A stretch of DNA of 25,775 nucleotides, taken from NCBI GenBank assembly GCA_020722705.1, contig DYKI01000026.1, forward strand, positions 9,220 through 34,994, written 5' to 3'. Within the stretch, counting starts at the first letter, position 1. The number at the start of each line of letters is the position of its first letter. Below are positions 7,988 through 16,034 of the stretch, in pieces. The DNA is from Chthonomonas calidirosea (lineage in GTDB: Bacteria > Armatimonadota > Chthonomonadetes > Chthonomonadales > CAJBBX01). A program made the translations under genes and the position numbers. Below the pieces are notes generated by a model that had not been told where the DNA came from, ran no database searches, and saw nothing but the letters and a program-made list of their open reading frames with translations.

Positions 7988-8884
7988 ATGAGCCGGGCCG
8001 GGCCACCCCGTGTCGTCTGCATCGGAGAGGTGCTCTGGGATGTCTTTGGCGGTGTTCGTCGGCTCGGGGGAGCGCCGTTCAATGTCGCTTGCCATCTCCG
8101 GGCGATGGGGCTCGATGCCTCCATGGTCAGCCGGGTTGGAGACGATGCTCTTGGCGCCACGATCCTTGAAGAGGCCCGAACGCGGGGACTGCCCGTAGAG
8201 CTTGTTCAGATTGATCACAGACTTCCGACTGGTCAAGTCGTGGTTACGCTGGATAGAGCGGGCATTCCGGGCTATGTCATCTGCGAACCCGCGGCGTGGG
8301 ACGCCATCCGGGCAACGCCGGCATCGGTGGAGGTTTCGAGATCGGCGGATGTCGTCGTGTTCGGGAGTCTGGCCCAGCGCCGGGAGCCGTCGCGCTCTTC
8401 GATCCGCACGATGCTGCGAACGGCCGCACTCAAGGTGTTCGATGTCAACTTGCGGCCGCCACACGATGACCGTATCGCGGTCGAGCACCTGCTGCACCTC
8501 AGCAACATGGTGAAGCTCAACGACGACGAGATACGGCGTCTGGCCGCATGGTACGGCTTCCGAGGCGCCGGTCTGGCCGATTGGAGCGCTGACATGGCTC
8601 GGCGGTACGGTCTGGCAACCGTCTGCGTCACGTCCGGTGCGGAGGGTGCGTCGCTCTGGCATCGCGGGGCCTGGGTGCAATCCCGGGGGCATCACATCAC
8701 CGTGGCCGATACGGTCGGTGCGGGCGATGCTTTCCTCGCCGCCTTGCTTGCGAAGCTGTTGACAGGTGCGCCCGCTGCCGAAGCGCTTGAGTGGGCCAAT
8801 GCGGCCGGCGCCTATGTTGCATCCCAGGAGGGGGCGATTCCGAACATGGATGCGGGGGCGGTGGAAGCCTTGATGGCGTCATGA
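7988..8884 (+). CDS. PfkB family carbohydrate kinase (fructokinase / ribokinase-like).
   Basis: N-terminal VVCIGEVLWDVFGG...GGAPFNVA and C-terminal DTVGAGDAF anion-hole motif. The in-frame upstream extension in the track (from 7868) overlaps the TPR gene and lacks homology. Confidence 0.8.
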   Translation: MSRAGPPRVVCIGEVLWDVFGGVRRLGGAPFNVACHLRAMGLDASMVSRVGDDALGATILEEARTRGLPVELVQIDHRLPTGQVVVTLDRAGIPGYVICEPAAWDAIRATPASVEVSRSADVVVFGSLAQRREPSRSSIRTMLRTAALKVFDVNLRPPHDDRIAVEHLLHLSNMVKLNDDEIRRLAAWYGFRGAGLADWSADMARRYGLATVCVTSGAEGASLWHRGAWVQSRGHHITVADTVGAGDAFLAALLAKLLTGAPAAEALEWANAAGAYVASQEGAIPNMDAGAVEALMAS

Positions 8885-8924
8885 CGCACATCGCCGCGGC
8901 GCGCATCCGATACGTACATCAGCC

Positions 8925-9812
8925 ATGATCGTCTGGATATGCACCGATATGGAGGGGTTGGCCGGCATCTCGTCCTGGGACCAGTGTTATGATCCTGACG
9001 ACGACTCGCCCGTATACGCCTTCGGCAGGGAGCAGCTCACCGCCGATGCCAATGCGGCCATCGCCGGATGTTTCGATGCCGGAGCCACCGAGGTCCGCAT
9101 TCTTGACGGCCACGGGCGCAACCAGAACCACGGTTTTATGCTGGATCGCCTGGATGCGCGAGCCAGGCGGGTGTGGATCGCCCAGCGCAATCCGCTCCGA
9201 TGGGAGGGACTGGACGCCGACGTCAGCGCTCTGGCCATCATCGGCCAGCATGCGCGGGCCGGCACGATCGGCGCCTTCCTCGACCATACCCAATCGGCCA
9301 AGGTGATCTGCCGCTACCGGATCAATGGCTGTGAGCATGGCGAGATCGGGCAGATGGCCCTGTATGCCGGGGCGTATGGCGTTCCTCTGGTCTACGTCTC
9401 TGGCGACGAGGCCGCCTGTACCGAATCACGGTCCCTCTACCCGGGAGTGATCACGACGCCCACAAAGCGCGGCCTTGCGTGGGATCGGTGCGAGCTGTAT
9501 GAGCCCGACCTGGTCCGGTCCCATATCCGGCGCGACATCGCCGAGGCCCTTCGCAGAGTGGAAGGCGCCGGCTCGCCTGAAACGATGTCCCCCGAACGCG
9601 AGCGGGGCGGTGAGCGCGGTGCGGGCCCCCGTCCGTGGCGGCCTCCTATGCCTGTGGAGGTCTGTGTCGAATGGGCCTGGACGGGCGCCGCCGACGGCAT
9701 GGCCGGGGTGCCGGGCGTTCGGCGGCATGGAGCCCGAACGGTATCGTGGTGTCTCTCCGATCCGCGGGACGTATTCTGTTGGCCGTCTGATTCCTGGCAT
9801 CCGAAGGTCTGA
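8925..9812 (+). CDS. Peptidase M55 D-aminopeptidase (DppA-like), with a low-complexity insert (SPERERGGERGAGPRPWRPP) near the C-terminus.
   Basis: N-terminus MIVWICTDMEGLAGISSWDQ matches the M55 DppA N-terminus (MKIyISaDmEG). C-terminal PVEVCVEWAW...GVRRHGARTVSW resembles the DppA tail. Confidence 0.7.
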   Translation: MIVWICTDMEGLAGISSWDQCYDPDDDSPVYAFGREQLTADANAAIAGCFDAGATEVRILDGHGRNQNHGFMLDRLDARARRVWIAQRNPLRWEGLDADVSALAIIGQHARAGTIGAFLDHTQSAKVICRYRINGCEHGEIGQMALYAGAYGVPLVYVSGDEAACTESRSLYPGVITTPTKRGLAWDRCELYEPDLVRSHIRRDIAEALRRVEGAGSPETMSPERERGGERGAGPRPWRPPMPVEVCVEWAWTGAADGMAGVPGVRRHGARTVSWCLSDPRDVFCWPSDSWHPKV

Positions 9813-9857
9813 GCTGCCTGCCGCCGGCAAAGGAGAGGATCGGCCATCATTGATGCC

Positions 9858-10020
9858 GGACGGCGGGGACGCCGTCCCTCCCACATTCGAAGGAGAAAGG
9901 GGCAGGACTGCAGCGTCGTGTGCCCGAATGTATCCCCATGACGCGGGTACCATCCTGCGAAATGTGGGGCATTGGGGACGATGACCCACCCGATCCGGGA
10001 GGGACGGTGTCCCCGCCGTC
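9858..10020. mobile_element. Composite MITE-like element. 25-bp terminal inverted repeats (left GGACGGCGGGGACGCCGTCCCTCCC at 9858-9882; right GGGAGGGACGGTGTCCCCGCCGTC at 9997-10020) are variants of the palindromic core. They enclose a 114-bp structured core with internal inverted repeats ACATTCG/CGAATGT and CCCCA/TGGGG.
   Basis: Seen directly. Sits in the DppA-to-isomerase intergenic region, 37 nt upstream of the isomerase GTG start. Confidence 0.7.
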
Positions 10021-10056
10021 GTCTGCGGATGCGCAGATCATGATCTGGAGGCATAG

Positions 10057-10854
10057 GTGAAACTAGGAGCGAACTCGGTTCTCTTCGGCGGCTACGATAT
10101 GGAGACCGCCTTCAAGTACACGGCCATGTCCGGCTATGATGGCATCGAGCTGTCGGCCATCGGCGGCATGAGCGAGCATCTCGTGCTCGAACGCTGGAAG
10201 GAGCTCGTGCCGGAAGTCAAGCGACTGGCGGCGGAGTACGGACTGGCGCTTCACGCCATGGAGCAGCCCTCGCGCGATCCGGCGATCATGGAGACCGCCT
10301 TCCAGGCAGCCGTCGAGATCGGCATTCCGATCGTCAACTGCGGACCAGGCGGCAAGAAGGACGACGAAAGCTCGCTCAACGAGGTGATCGATTCACTCGG
10401 CAAGCTTTCGGACATGGCCGAGCGCTACGGCGTCACCTTGTGCGTGAAGGCCCATGTCGGGGCCGCCATCTGGAACACGGAGACGACGCTCAAGGCGATG
10501 GCCGCCATCAGCTCGCCCGCGTTCGGCATTGACATGGACCCGTCGCACATCTACCGTGGCGGCGAGAACCCGGTCGAGGCCATCGCTGCCGTCATCAGCC
10601 GCGTCAAACACGTGCACATCCGCGACTGCAAGGGCCGCCAGATGAACCCCGGTCTGCCGCCGCTGCAGGCCAACGGACGAGGCGACATTGACCTCGTGGG
10701 CTACATCCGCGTGCTGCACGAGCACGACTACTCCGGACCGCTCGACCTTGAGATCATCGGCGCCAAGGAGCTTCCCCTCGAGCAGTGCATCGTCATTGCC
10801 GCCGAATCGCGGGGACACATGCAGGCATGCCTGCAGGCCTGCGGCGCGAGGTAG
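10057..10854 (+). CDS. Sugar phosphate isomerase/epimerase (xylose isomerase-like TIM barrel, AP endonuclease 2 family). GTG start with a GGAGG 5 nt upstream.
   Basis: Conserved layout ...GYDGIEL..., ...GVTLCVKAH..., HVHIRDC, DLEII typical of the family. Confidence 0.75.
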   Translation: MKLGANSVLFGGYDMETAFKYTAMSGYDGIELSAIGGMSEHLVLERWKELVPEVKRLAAEYGLALHAMEQPSRDPAIMETAFQAAVEIGIPIVNCGPGGKKDDESSLNEVIDSLGKLSDMAERYGVTLCVKAHVGAAIWNTETTLKAMAAISSPAFGIDMDPSHIYRGGENPVEAIAAVISRVKHVHIRDCKGRQMNPGLPPLQANGRGDIDLVGYIRVLHEHDYSGPLDLEIIGAKELPLEQCIVIAAESRGHMQACLQACGAR

Positions 10855-10879
10855 CTCGTCCCTCAATCCGCCGTCGTCG

Positions 10880-11961
10880 TTATCGCCGCCGGTCGAGCAC
10901 GGTCAGCTCCCCGGCGGCTGTTCGTTCGCGGATTTCGTCGCTGACTCGGGCAAGGAAGACCTGCGGTATGCCGGTCGCGTCCGATGTGAAGACGACCGAT
11001 CGGCCATCGGGGCTGAACTGCGGATGGGGATGGCTCCACTGGGGGTGCCCCATGCTTGACTGCGGGAAGCAGAGGGTGCCAAACCGGCCGGAGGGCACAT
11101 GGACAAGCTGAAGCCCCACATCCGGCCAGTTCGTATCTGCCACGATCCACTCTCCATCGAGCGTCGAAGCCGAATGCCAGAAGTAGGGTCCGCAGGCGAC
11201 GCGGCGTGGCTTCTCTTGGCCGACAGCGAGACGCAGTATCGCCCGGTCGGGCGGCAAGGCACAGCCCTGGATCTCGGGCGACCGACCGAGGAACGTCGAG
11301 TGGGCGAAGTCGTGGGTTCGGGTGAAGACGCCCACACACCGGAAATGATAATCCAGCAAGCGGTACTCTTTGACTCCGCCGCGTATCGCTATGGCAAGGA
11401 TTCCATGGCCGCCGGGTGACACTGAGTGGAGCGTCCAGGGGTCGTCAGGCTCACAATGATGGACAACGACCTCGGAGCCATCGGTGCGAATGCGACAGAC
11501 GAAGGCGGCCTGGCCCGGCGCAATGCGTCCGCTGTTGCCCGGTGTGTGACTGGCCGTGAAGCAGTACTGCCCGTCCGGTGTGATGAAGCAGTGGCCACCC
11601 GCCGATACGGGGAGATCGCAGGTTTTCGCCTGCTCCAGCGTCTCCATGTCAACGCGCCATACGGATGCTCGACGTCGAAACAGGACCGCGCTGCCGTCCG
11701 GGAAAAGGGCGTAGCCGGCGTAGTATTCGCGGTGGGGCTAACCCTGGCCGGAGGTTGTCGGCCAGTCGGACGGATGGGACGGATGGGACGGATCGGACGT
11801 TGGGCCATCAGTATCAGGCGCTCGCTATCGGGAGTGAAGTTGGCCGCAGCGTAGAAGAGCGACATGGCGGGTGTCGGGTAGCTCGTGAGCTGGATTACCC
11901 TGGCCCCGGTCCGAGCATCCGTGTACTCGATGCGCTCGTTGGTCGTGTAACCTCTGGTCAT
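10880..11961 (-). pseudogene. Oligogalacturonide lyase (Ogl/PL22-like) beta-propeller gene, disrupted. The N-terminal part is in one frame (track ORF 11389-11961); the C-terminal part is in another frame (10880-11737) with an in-frame TAG at 11738-11740. The break coincides with a 9-bp tandem repeat.
   Basis: N-terminus TNERIEYTDARTGARVIQLTSYPTPAMSLFYAAANFTPDSERLILMA resembles the Ogl N-terminus (IPLTFDTYQDAATGVRVTRLTPPDV...YFYQKCFTRDGSKLLFGGA). C-terminal HPQFSPDGRSVVFTSDATGIPQVFLARV resembles the Ogl C-terminus. Frame 1 reads ...SGQG*PHREYYAGYALFPDGSAVLF across the stop. Confidence 0.6.
11768..11799. repeat. Tandem 9-mer GGACGGATG x3.5, encoding PIRPIRPIRP in the N-terminal frame of the Ogl-like gene.
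   Basis: Seen directly: GGACGGATG GGACGGATG GGACGGATC GGACG. Shares its GGACGG start with the palindromic element family. Confidence 0.85.
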
Positions 11962-11976
11962 TTCGTTCCCCCCTGT

Positions 11977-12903
11977 CTATTGCTCGTGCCCCTGTACCAA
12001 CCGCCCGACTTCGACGGGCGCTCCATTGCGGCGGGCTGAGGCCAGCGCCCCGTAGAAGATGGCCGTCTTTTCGAGGATCACCTCCCTCGGGATCGGCTCC
12101 ACCCCGGTCCTGAAGAAGCGCGCCATTTCCTGCAGAAGGAGATCGTAGGTCACTTCGAAGTGCACAGGATCCATCTCGCCCCTGGCTCCGAACAGGGCCA
12201 TCGTGAACCCATACCACGTGGCCGCAGGCCCGATCATGTTGACGGTCCCGCGGACAGGGCCTAACCGGGCCTCCGGCGCATACTCGATATAGACGACGAC
12301 AGGCGCAGCGGCTCGTTGCGGGTCCTCGGGTATGGCCTTCAGGCTCATCGCTCGCACGATCCTGACGCCCGTGCCGAGCACGCTGACCATGGCCGCAATG
12401 GCATGCGGCAGATAGAAGCCGAGGTGGTCCGATGCTCCAGTGACGCTGAACAGGCGGATCGGCTCGACCGTCTTGACCATTTCGCGGGCCTTCTGCCCGG
12501 CCTGGGTGTGGTACAGCGCGGATGCAGAGTAGATCTTCGCTCCGTGTCGCTCCGAAAGGCGCACGATCTCGTGGGCGTCGGCCATGCTGCCCGCAAAGGG
12601 GCGATTCAAGAACACGCGCATACCCCGTTCGATGAACGGCTTTGACAGGGCGAGGTACCGGTCAGGCATCGACTCTGTGATCATCACGCCGTCCACATCG
12701 GTGCCGGCCTCGTCGGGGCGCGAGACCACCTTCGCACCGGCAACCTTCGCCAACGCTTCAGCCGCTCGATGGTCACGGTCCCAGACCGCCACCGGCCTCA
12801 TGCCATACCGTGCCCCAGCCTCGGATGCGAGCAGCTCGCCCCATACCTTGCCGTGCGTATGCTCCGCGCATCCCACAATGCCGATCCTGAGCGCATCCGC
12901 CAT
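11977..12903 (-). CDS. Gfo/Idh/MocA family NAD(P)-dependent oxidoreductase. ATG at 12903 with an upstream GGAGGAG.
   Basis: N-terminal Rossmann LRIGIVGCAEHTHGKVW. Size about 310 aa. The track's upstream extension to 12999 lacks homology. Confidence 0.75.
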   Translation of the reverse strand: MADALRIGIVGCAEHTHGKVWGELLASEAGARYGMRPVAVWDRDHRAAEALAKVAGAKVVSRPDEAGTDVDGVMITESMPDRYLALSKPFIERGMRVFLNRPFAGSMADAHEIVRLSERHGAKIYSASALYHTQAGQKAREMVKTVEPIRLFSVTGASDHLGFYLPHAIAAMVSVLGTGVRIVRAMSLKAIPEDPQRAAAPVVVYIEYAPEARLGPVRGTVNMIGPAATWYGFTMALFGARGEMDPVHFEVTYDLLLQEMARFFRTGVEPIPREVILEKTAIFYGALASARRNGAPVEVGRLVQGHEQ

Positions 12904-12924
12904 GGTGCCTCTCCTCCCCCTGAT

Positions 12925-12956
12925 GTCGCCGATATATAGCGACTTGGCGATATGGA
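12925..12956. promoter_or_regulatory. AT-rich palindromic or half-site element GTCGCCGATATATAGCGAC ... GGCGATATGG in the divergent region between the Gfo/Idh/MocA and PQQ-propeller genes. Candidate operator and -10 region.
   Basis: Seen directly: GTCGC/GCGAC arms flank GATATATA. A second CGATAT half-site lies 12 bp downstream. The only AT island in the 236-bp intergenic region. Confidence 0.25.
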
Positions 12957-13139
12957 TGGAAGAATCCTCCGCGTTGTCCGGCGATGAATCACCGGGCATT
13001 TGAAATGAATCCCGCTGCGCGGGATGGTTGTGAAGCCGCGGATGTGGGTTTGGTCTTGGGTGCCCGGCAGTTCATTGCCGGGGTAGAGTATCCTCCGTGT
13101 GTGTTGACGGCTGCAGCAGTTCTCAGGGGAGGGCGGAGG

Positions 13140-14396
13140 ATGCGGGGGACATTGATCGGCGCGATAGCGCTGTGTGTGCTGGGAACCGGGAGTCTTGCCG
13201 ACTGGCCGCGGTTCCGAGGGCCGTTGGGCAATGGGTACGTTCCGAAAGGCGTGGCGGTTCCCAAGTCGCTGCCGGCGGAGCCCGGCGTGCTGTGGCAGCG
13301 TGAGGTGGGCTTCGGCATCGGGGCGCCGGTTGTTGCCGGGCAGACGACGTATTTCCTCGACAACCGCGAAGGCAAGGAGGTTGCGGTTGCTGCCTCGCTC
13401 AAGGATGGGCGCGACATTTGGGCGGTGCCGCTGGACGAACTCCTGGGAGACAGCGGCTCGCCTCCGGGACCTCGCGGGACGCCGACGGTGGATGGCGACC
13501 GCGTCTATGTTCTTTCGTGCCGCGGGGAGTTTCGGTGTCTGAACGCTCGGGACGGACGGCAAGTCTGGAGAACGCACTTCGTCAGAGACTTCGGGGCAAT
13601 GCCGGTGCAGGAGATCGGCGACACTCCTGGAGCGGCCCGGCATGGCAACACGGCCACTCCGCTGATCGAGGGGAACCGCATGTACGTAGCCGTAGGCGGT
13701 CGGCATGGTGCCGGCGTGGTGTGCTTCAACAAAATCACGGGGGCAGTGATCTGGAAGTCGCAGGACGACATCCCGGGCCATGCCGGACCGGTATCGGCCA
13801 CGATCTGCGGCGTTCGGCAACTCGTATGCTACATGGCCGAGGCCGTGATCGGCCTGTCCCCGGCCGACGGCAAGCTCCTGTGGCGCGTAGGCATCAAGAC
13901 GCTGTATGGTCGGCATGTGACGACGCCGATCGTCATCGGTGATACGGTCGTTGTCGGCTCCTATACGTACGGGTTGGCCGGCATCCGCGTCACTCGCGGC
14001 CCCAACGGAATCGTCGCCGAAGAGGCCTGGCGCGACCGATCTCTTCCCGTTGACTTCTCCGACATGGTTGCCATCGGCAATCACGTCTGCGGCCTTGGCC
14101 CGGGAGGGCGGCTTTTCTTCGTCGAAGCGGCCACCGGCAAGCGGACGTGGGTAGAGGAGCGCTTCTTCCAGGGCATGCTGGACACCGGCTTCGCTTCATT
14201 CCTTGTGGCGGGAAAGAACCTTCTCATTCTGGCGGAGCGCGGGCAGTTGCTGCTCGCCACACCCTCCATGACCGGATGCAAGGTTGTCGGTCGGTCCACG
14301 GTGTGCGGACGCAACTGGTGCAATCCGGCCTATGTTGACGGGAAGCTGATCGTGCGGGACAACAAGTCGCTCAAATGTGTCCGGATCGTGCCTTGA
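13140..14396 (+). CDS. Secreted PQQ-like beta-propeller repeat protein (BamB/PQQ-repeat family). ATG at 13140 gives a signal peptide.
   Basis: MRGTLIGAIALCVLGTGSLADWPRFRGPLGNG is the classic propeller start after a signal peptide. Recurrent ...G.VY..S.DG.L.AL.A.TGK..W motifs. Confidence 0.75.
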   Translation: MRGTLIGAIALCVLGTGSLADWPRFRGPLGNGYVPKGVAVPKSLPAEPGVLWQREVGFGIGAPVVAGQTTYFLDNREGKEVAVAASLKDGRDIWAVPLDELLGDSGSPPGPRGTPTVDGDRVYVLSCRGEFRCLNARDGRQVWRTHFVRDFGAMPVQEIGDTPGAARHGNTATPLIEGNRMYVAVGGRHGAGVVCFNKITGAVIWKSQDDIPGHAGPVSATICGVRQLVCYMAEAVIGLSPADGKLLWRVGIKTLYGRHVTTPIVIGDTVVVGSYTYGLAGIRVTRGPNGIVAEEAWRDRSLPVDFSDMVAIGNHVCGLGPGGRLFFVEAATGKRTWVEERFFQGMLDTGFASFLVAGKNLLILAERGQLLLATPSMTGCKVVGRSTVCGRNWCNPAYVDGKLIVRDNKSLKCVRIVP

Positions 14397-14421
14397 GGAT
14401 ATCCTGATCTGCCAGATGATA

Positions 14422-15210
14422 TTATGAGCGCTTCGCCATGAAGAGGACCGTGACCCACTCGCGCGTGATCCGCCCGCCGAAGCGCTCGTCTATGAGGCGG
14501 CGGATGGCGTTCAGCAGCTCGTCCCGTTGCTGCGGATCGAGCGTGGCGTGATCCGAGTAGGTTGACAGGAGTGCGGTGTAGGTCTCGCCCGTGAAGTCGA
14601 GCTGCCTGCTCATCTGGATCGCGGTGACCGAACCGAAAAGCCCGGATGCCTGAATCTCCCCAACGTATTCGGTGCGCATCCGCTGGGGGTGCGAGAGGCA
14701 CTCGTAGCGGTCAAGGAGTTCCGGCGCCTCCCCAGCGTAGATGGCCTGCAGTGCATCGAAGAACCTGTCATCACTCTTGGCGCGGACCTGACGGTTCCAG
14801 AAGAGGGCGAGCGTTCCGCCCTGCCGCAGCGCGGCCGCCGCTTTGACGCACCGAACTTCGGGCTGGACCCAGTGGAACGAACTGCCCGCGTAGACCAGGT
14901 CGAACGGCTGGGTGGAGAGGGGCCAATCCTCGAAGGCGGCGCAATGGATGCATACATTCCTGCCTGCTGTGGCGCGCTCGGCGTAGGCGGCCATATGGGG
15001 CGAGAGTTCTACAGCGGTGATGACGAGGCCGCGTGCGGCCATCGGGACCGTGGCGGTTCCGGGACCACAGCCGATCTCCAGCGCCCGAGAACCCGCGCCG
15101 ACGCCGGCGAACCGGCAGATGTGGTCGAACAACGCCTCAGGGTAGCCTGGACGTGCCCGAGCATACAGGTCCGGTATGCCATCGAAGCTGTCGCGCCGCT
15201 TGGTATCCAT
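14422..15210 (-). CDS. Class I SAM-dependent methyltransferase (small-molecule type, Methyltransf_11/25-like).
   Basis: Motif I LEIGCGPGTAT, motif II/post-I DLVYAGSSFHW, motif III LRQGGTLAL. No DNA-methyltransferase DPPY/NPPY motif. Confidence 0.8.
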   Translation of the reverse strand: MDTKRRDSFDGIPDLYARARPGYPEALFDHICRFAGVGAGSRALEIGCGPGTATVPMAARGLVITAVELSPHMAAYAERATAGRNVCIHCAAFEDWPLSTQPFDLVYAGSSFHWVQPEVRCVKAAAALRQGGTLALFWNRQVRAKSDDRFFDALQAIYAGEAPELLDRYECLSHPQRMRTEYVGEIQASGLFGSVTAIQMSRQLDFTGETYTALLSTYSDHATLDPQQRDELLNAIRRLIDERFGGRITREWVTVLFMAKRS

Positions 15211-15266
15211 GGTCCGGCCATCAGTGTACCGTTCGTGTGGAACGGAAGCTGCTGTCCTGCCTCAGG

Positions 15267-15686
15267 CTACAGCTCGGCCTCGACTTCCTCTATGAGGCGA
15301 GGAATGCCCGGCTGACGAAGGGTCATGGCAGGAGCCGGAATCCGGTTGTGCTTGATGTTCGGGTGAACATGCTTGTGGTGCGGCATCGTTTCAGCGAGCG
15401 TTGGATCGTTCGGAGGGGGCTGCGAATCGTACCAGCAGATGATGGTATCGCCGTGCCATATCTCGTAACCGTACTTCACGATCTCGGCCGGAATGCGGTC
15501 CGCGAAGATCACTTCTCGGACGCGTATGCGCCAATCGTCAAGCAAATAAAGGTCGCCTCGGACAATCGCGGTACTGCTCACCCGGCGCTCCAATGGGAGT
15601 GTCGAAGCGTCAACGGATGCGTAAGTGCCCGCCAATGAGTAGATGAACCACTCGTAATCCGCTATTGTTCGCAGAGGGTTGCTCAC
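15267..15686 (-). CDS. DUF6516 / TumE-like protein (putative toxin-antitoxin toxin component). GTG start overlaps the stop of the upstream small gene (GTGA).
   Basis: KYGYEIWHGDTIICWYDSQPPPNDPTLAETMPHHKHV matches the DUF6516 signature as I recall it (...Y.YHW.....rYDNAPHHP...FPHHKH). The long N-terminal extension in the track (to 15818) looks non-coding. Confidence 0.5.
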   Translation of the reverse strand: MSNPLRTIADYEWFIYSLAGTYASVDASTLPLERRVSSTAIVRGDLYLLDDWRIRVREVIFADRIPAEIVKYGYEIWHGDTIICWYDSQPPPNDPTLAETMPHHKHVHPNIKHNRIPAPAMTLRQPGIPRLIEEVEAEL

Positions 15687-15979
15687 GGGGCCACCCTGAC
15701 GAGCGACGCAAGGCCCGGGTGATGTGCCTGTTCTTGCTGAACGAGGTCGCGATATTGCGCTTGACGAGCCATCCAGACGCCATAGATGCCGGCCCACTCT
15801 GCGAAGTCGAGAACCCACTCTTCTTCGGCAGGCTCCTCGCCGCTTGCATAGGCCGCGTAGAATGTCTCAGAGCGAACGCCGAACTTGCGCTCAAACGCCA
15901 TCAGGTCCTGTTTCAGACAGTGGATGTCCGTCAGCAACTCGTGCAGTCTTATGGTTTCACCTCCGTGGCCATTATGCAT
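15683..15979 (-). CDS. Small acidic hypothetical protein (about 98 aa), co-operonic and translationally coupled with the DUF6516-like gene. Candidate partner or antitoxin.
   Basis: Clean ORF on the same strand ending 4 nt into the next gene. ...FERKFGVRSETFYAAYASGEEPAEEEWVLDFAEWAGIYGVW... No family recognised with confidence. Confidence 0.4.
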   Translation of the reverse strand: MHNGHGGETIRLHELLTDIHCLKQDLMAFERKFGVRSETFYAAYASGEEPAEEEWVLDFAEWAGIYGVWMARQAQYRDLVQQEQAHHPGLASLVRVAP

Positions 15980-16034
15980 CTCGGCCGCTGGAGGCAGATC
16001 GCACTGGAGGTCGGGCACAATCGGCGCTGATGAC

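Noticed and set aside
7158-8695. Minus-strand ORFs 7158-8006 and 7703-8695
   Set aside because: Antisense to the TPR and PfkB genes, which have clear family motifs. No motifs of their own.
12798-14084. 428-aa minus-strand ORF
   Set aside because: Antisense to the PQQ beta-propeller gene with its classic DWPxFRG start. Arg/Pro-rich junk.
14397-14421. Bidirectional terminator between the convergent PQQ-propeller and methyltransferase genes
   Set aside because: Only an imperfect, AT-poor, interrupted palindrome (ATATCCTGATCT...AGATGATAT) with no U-tract. Too weak to call.
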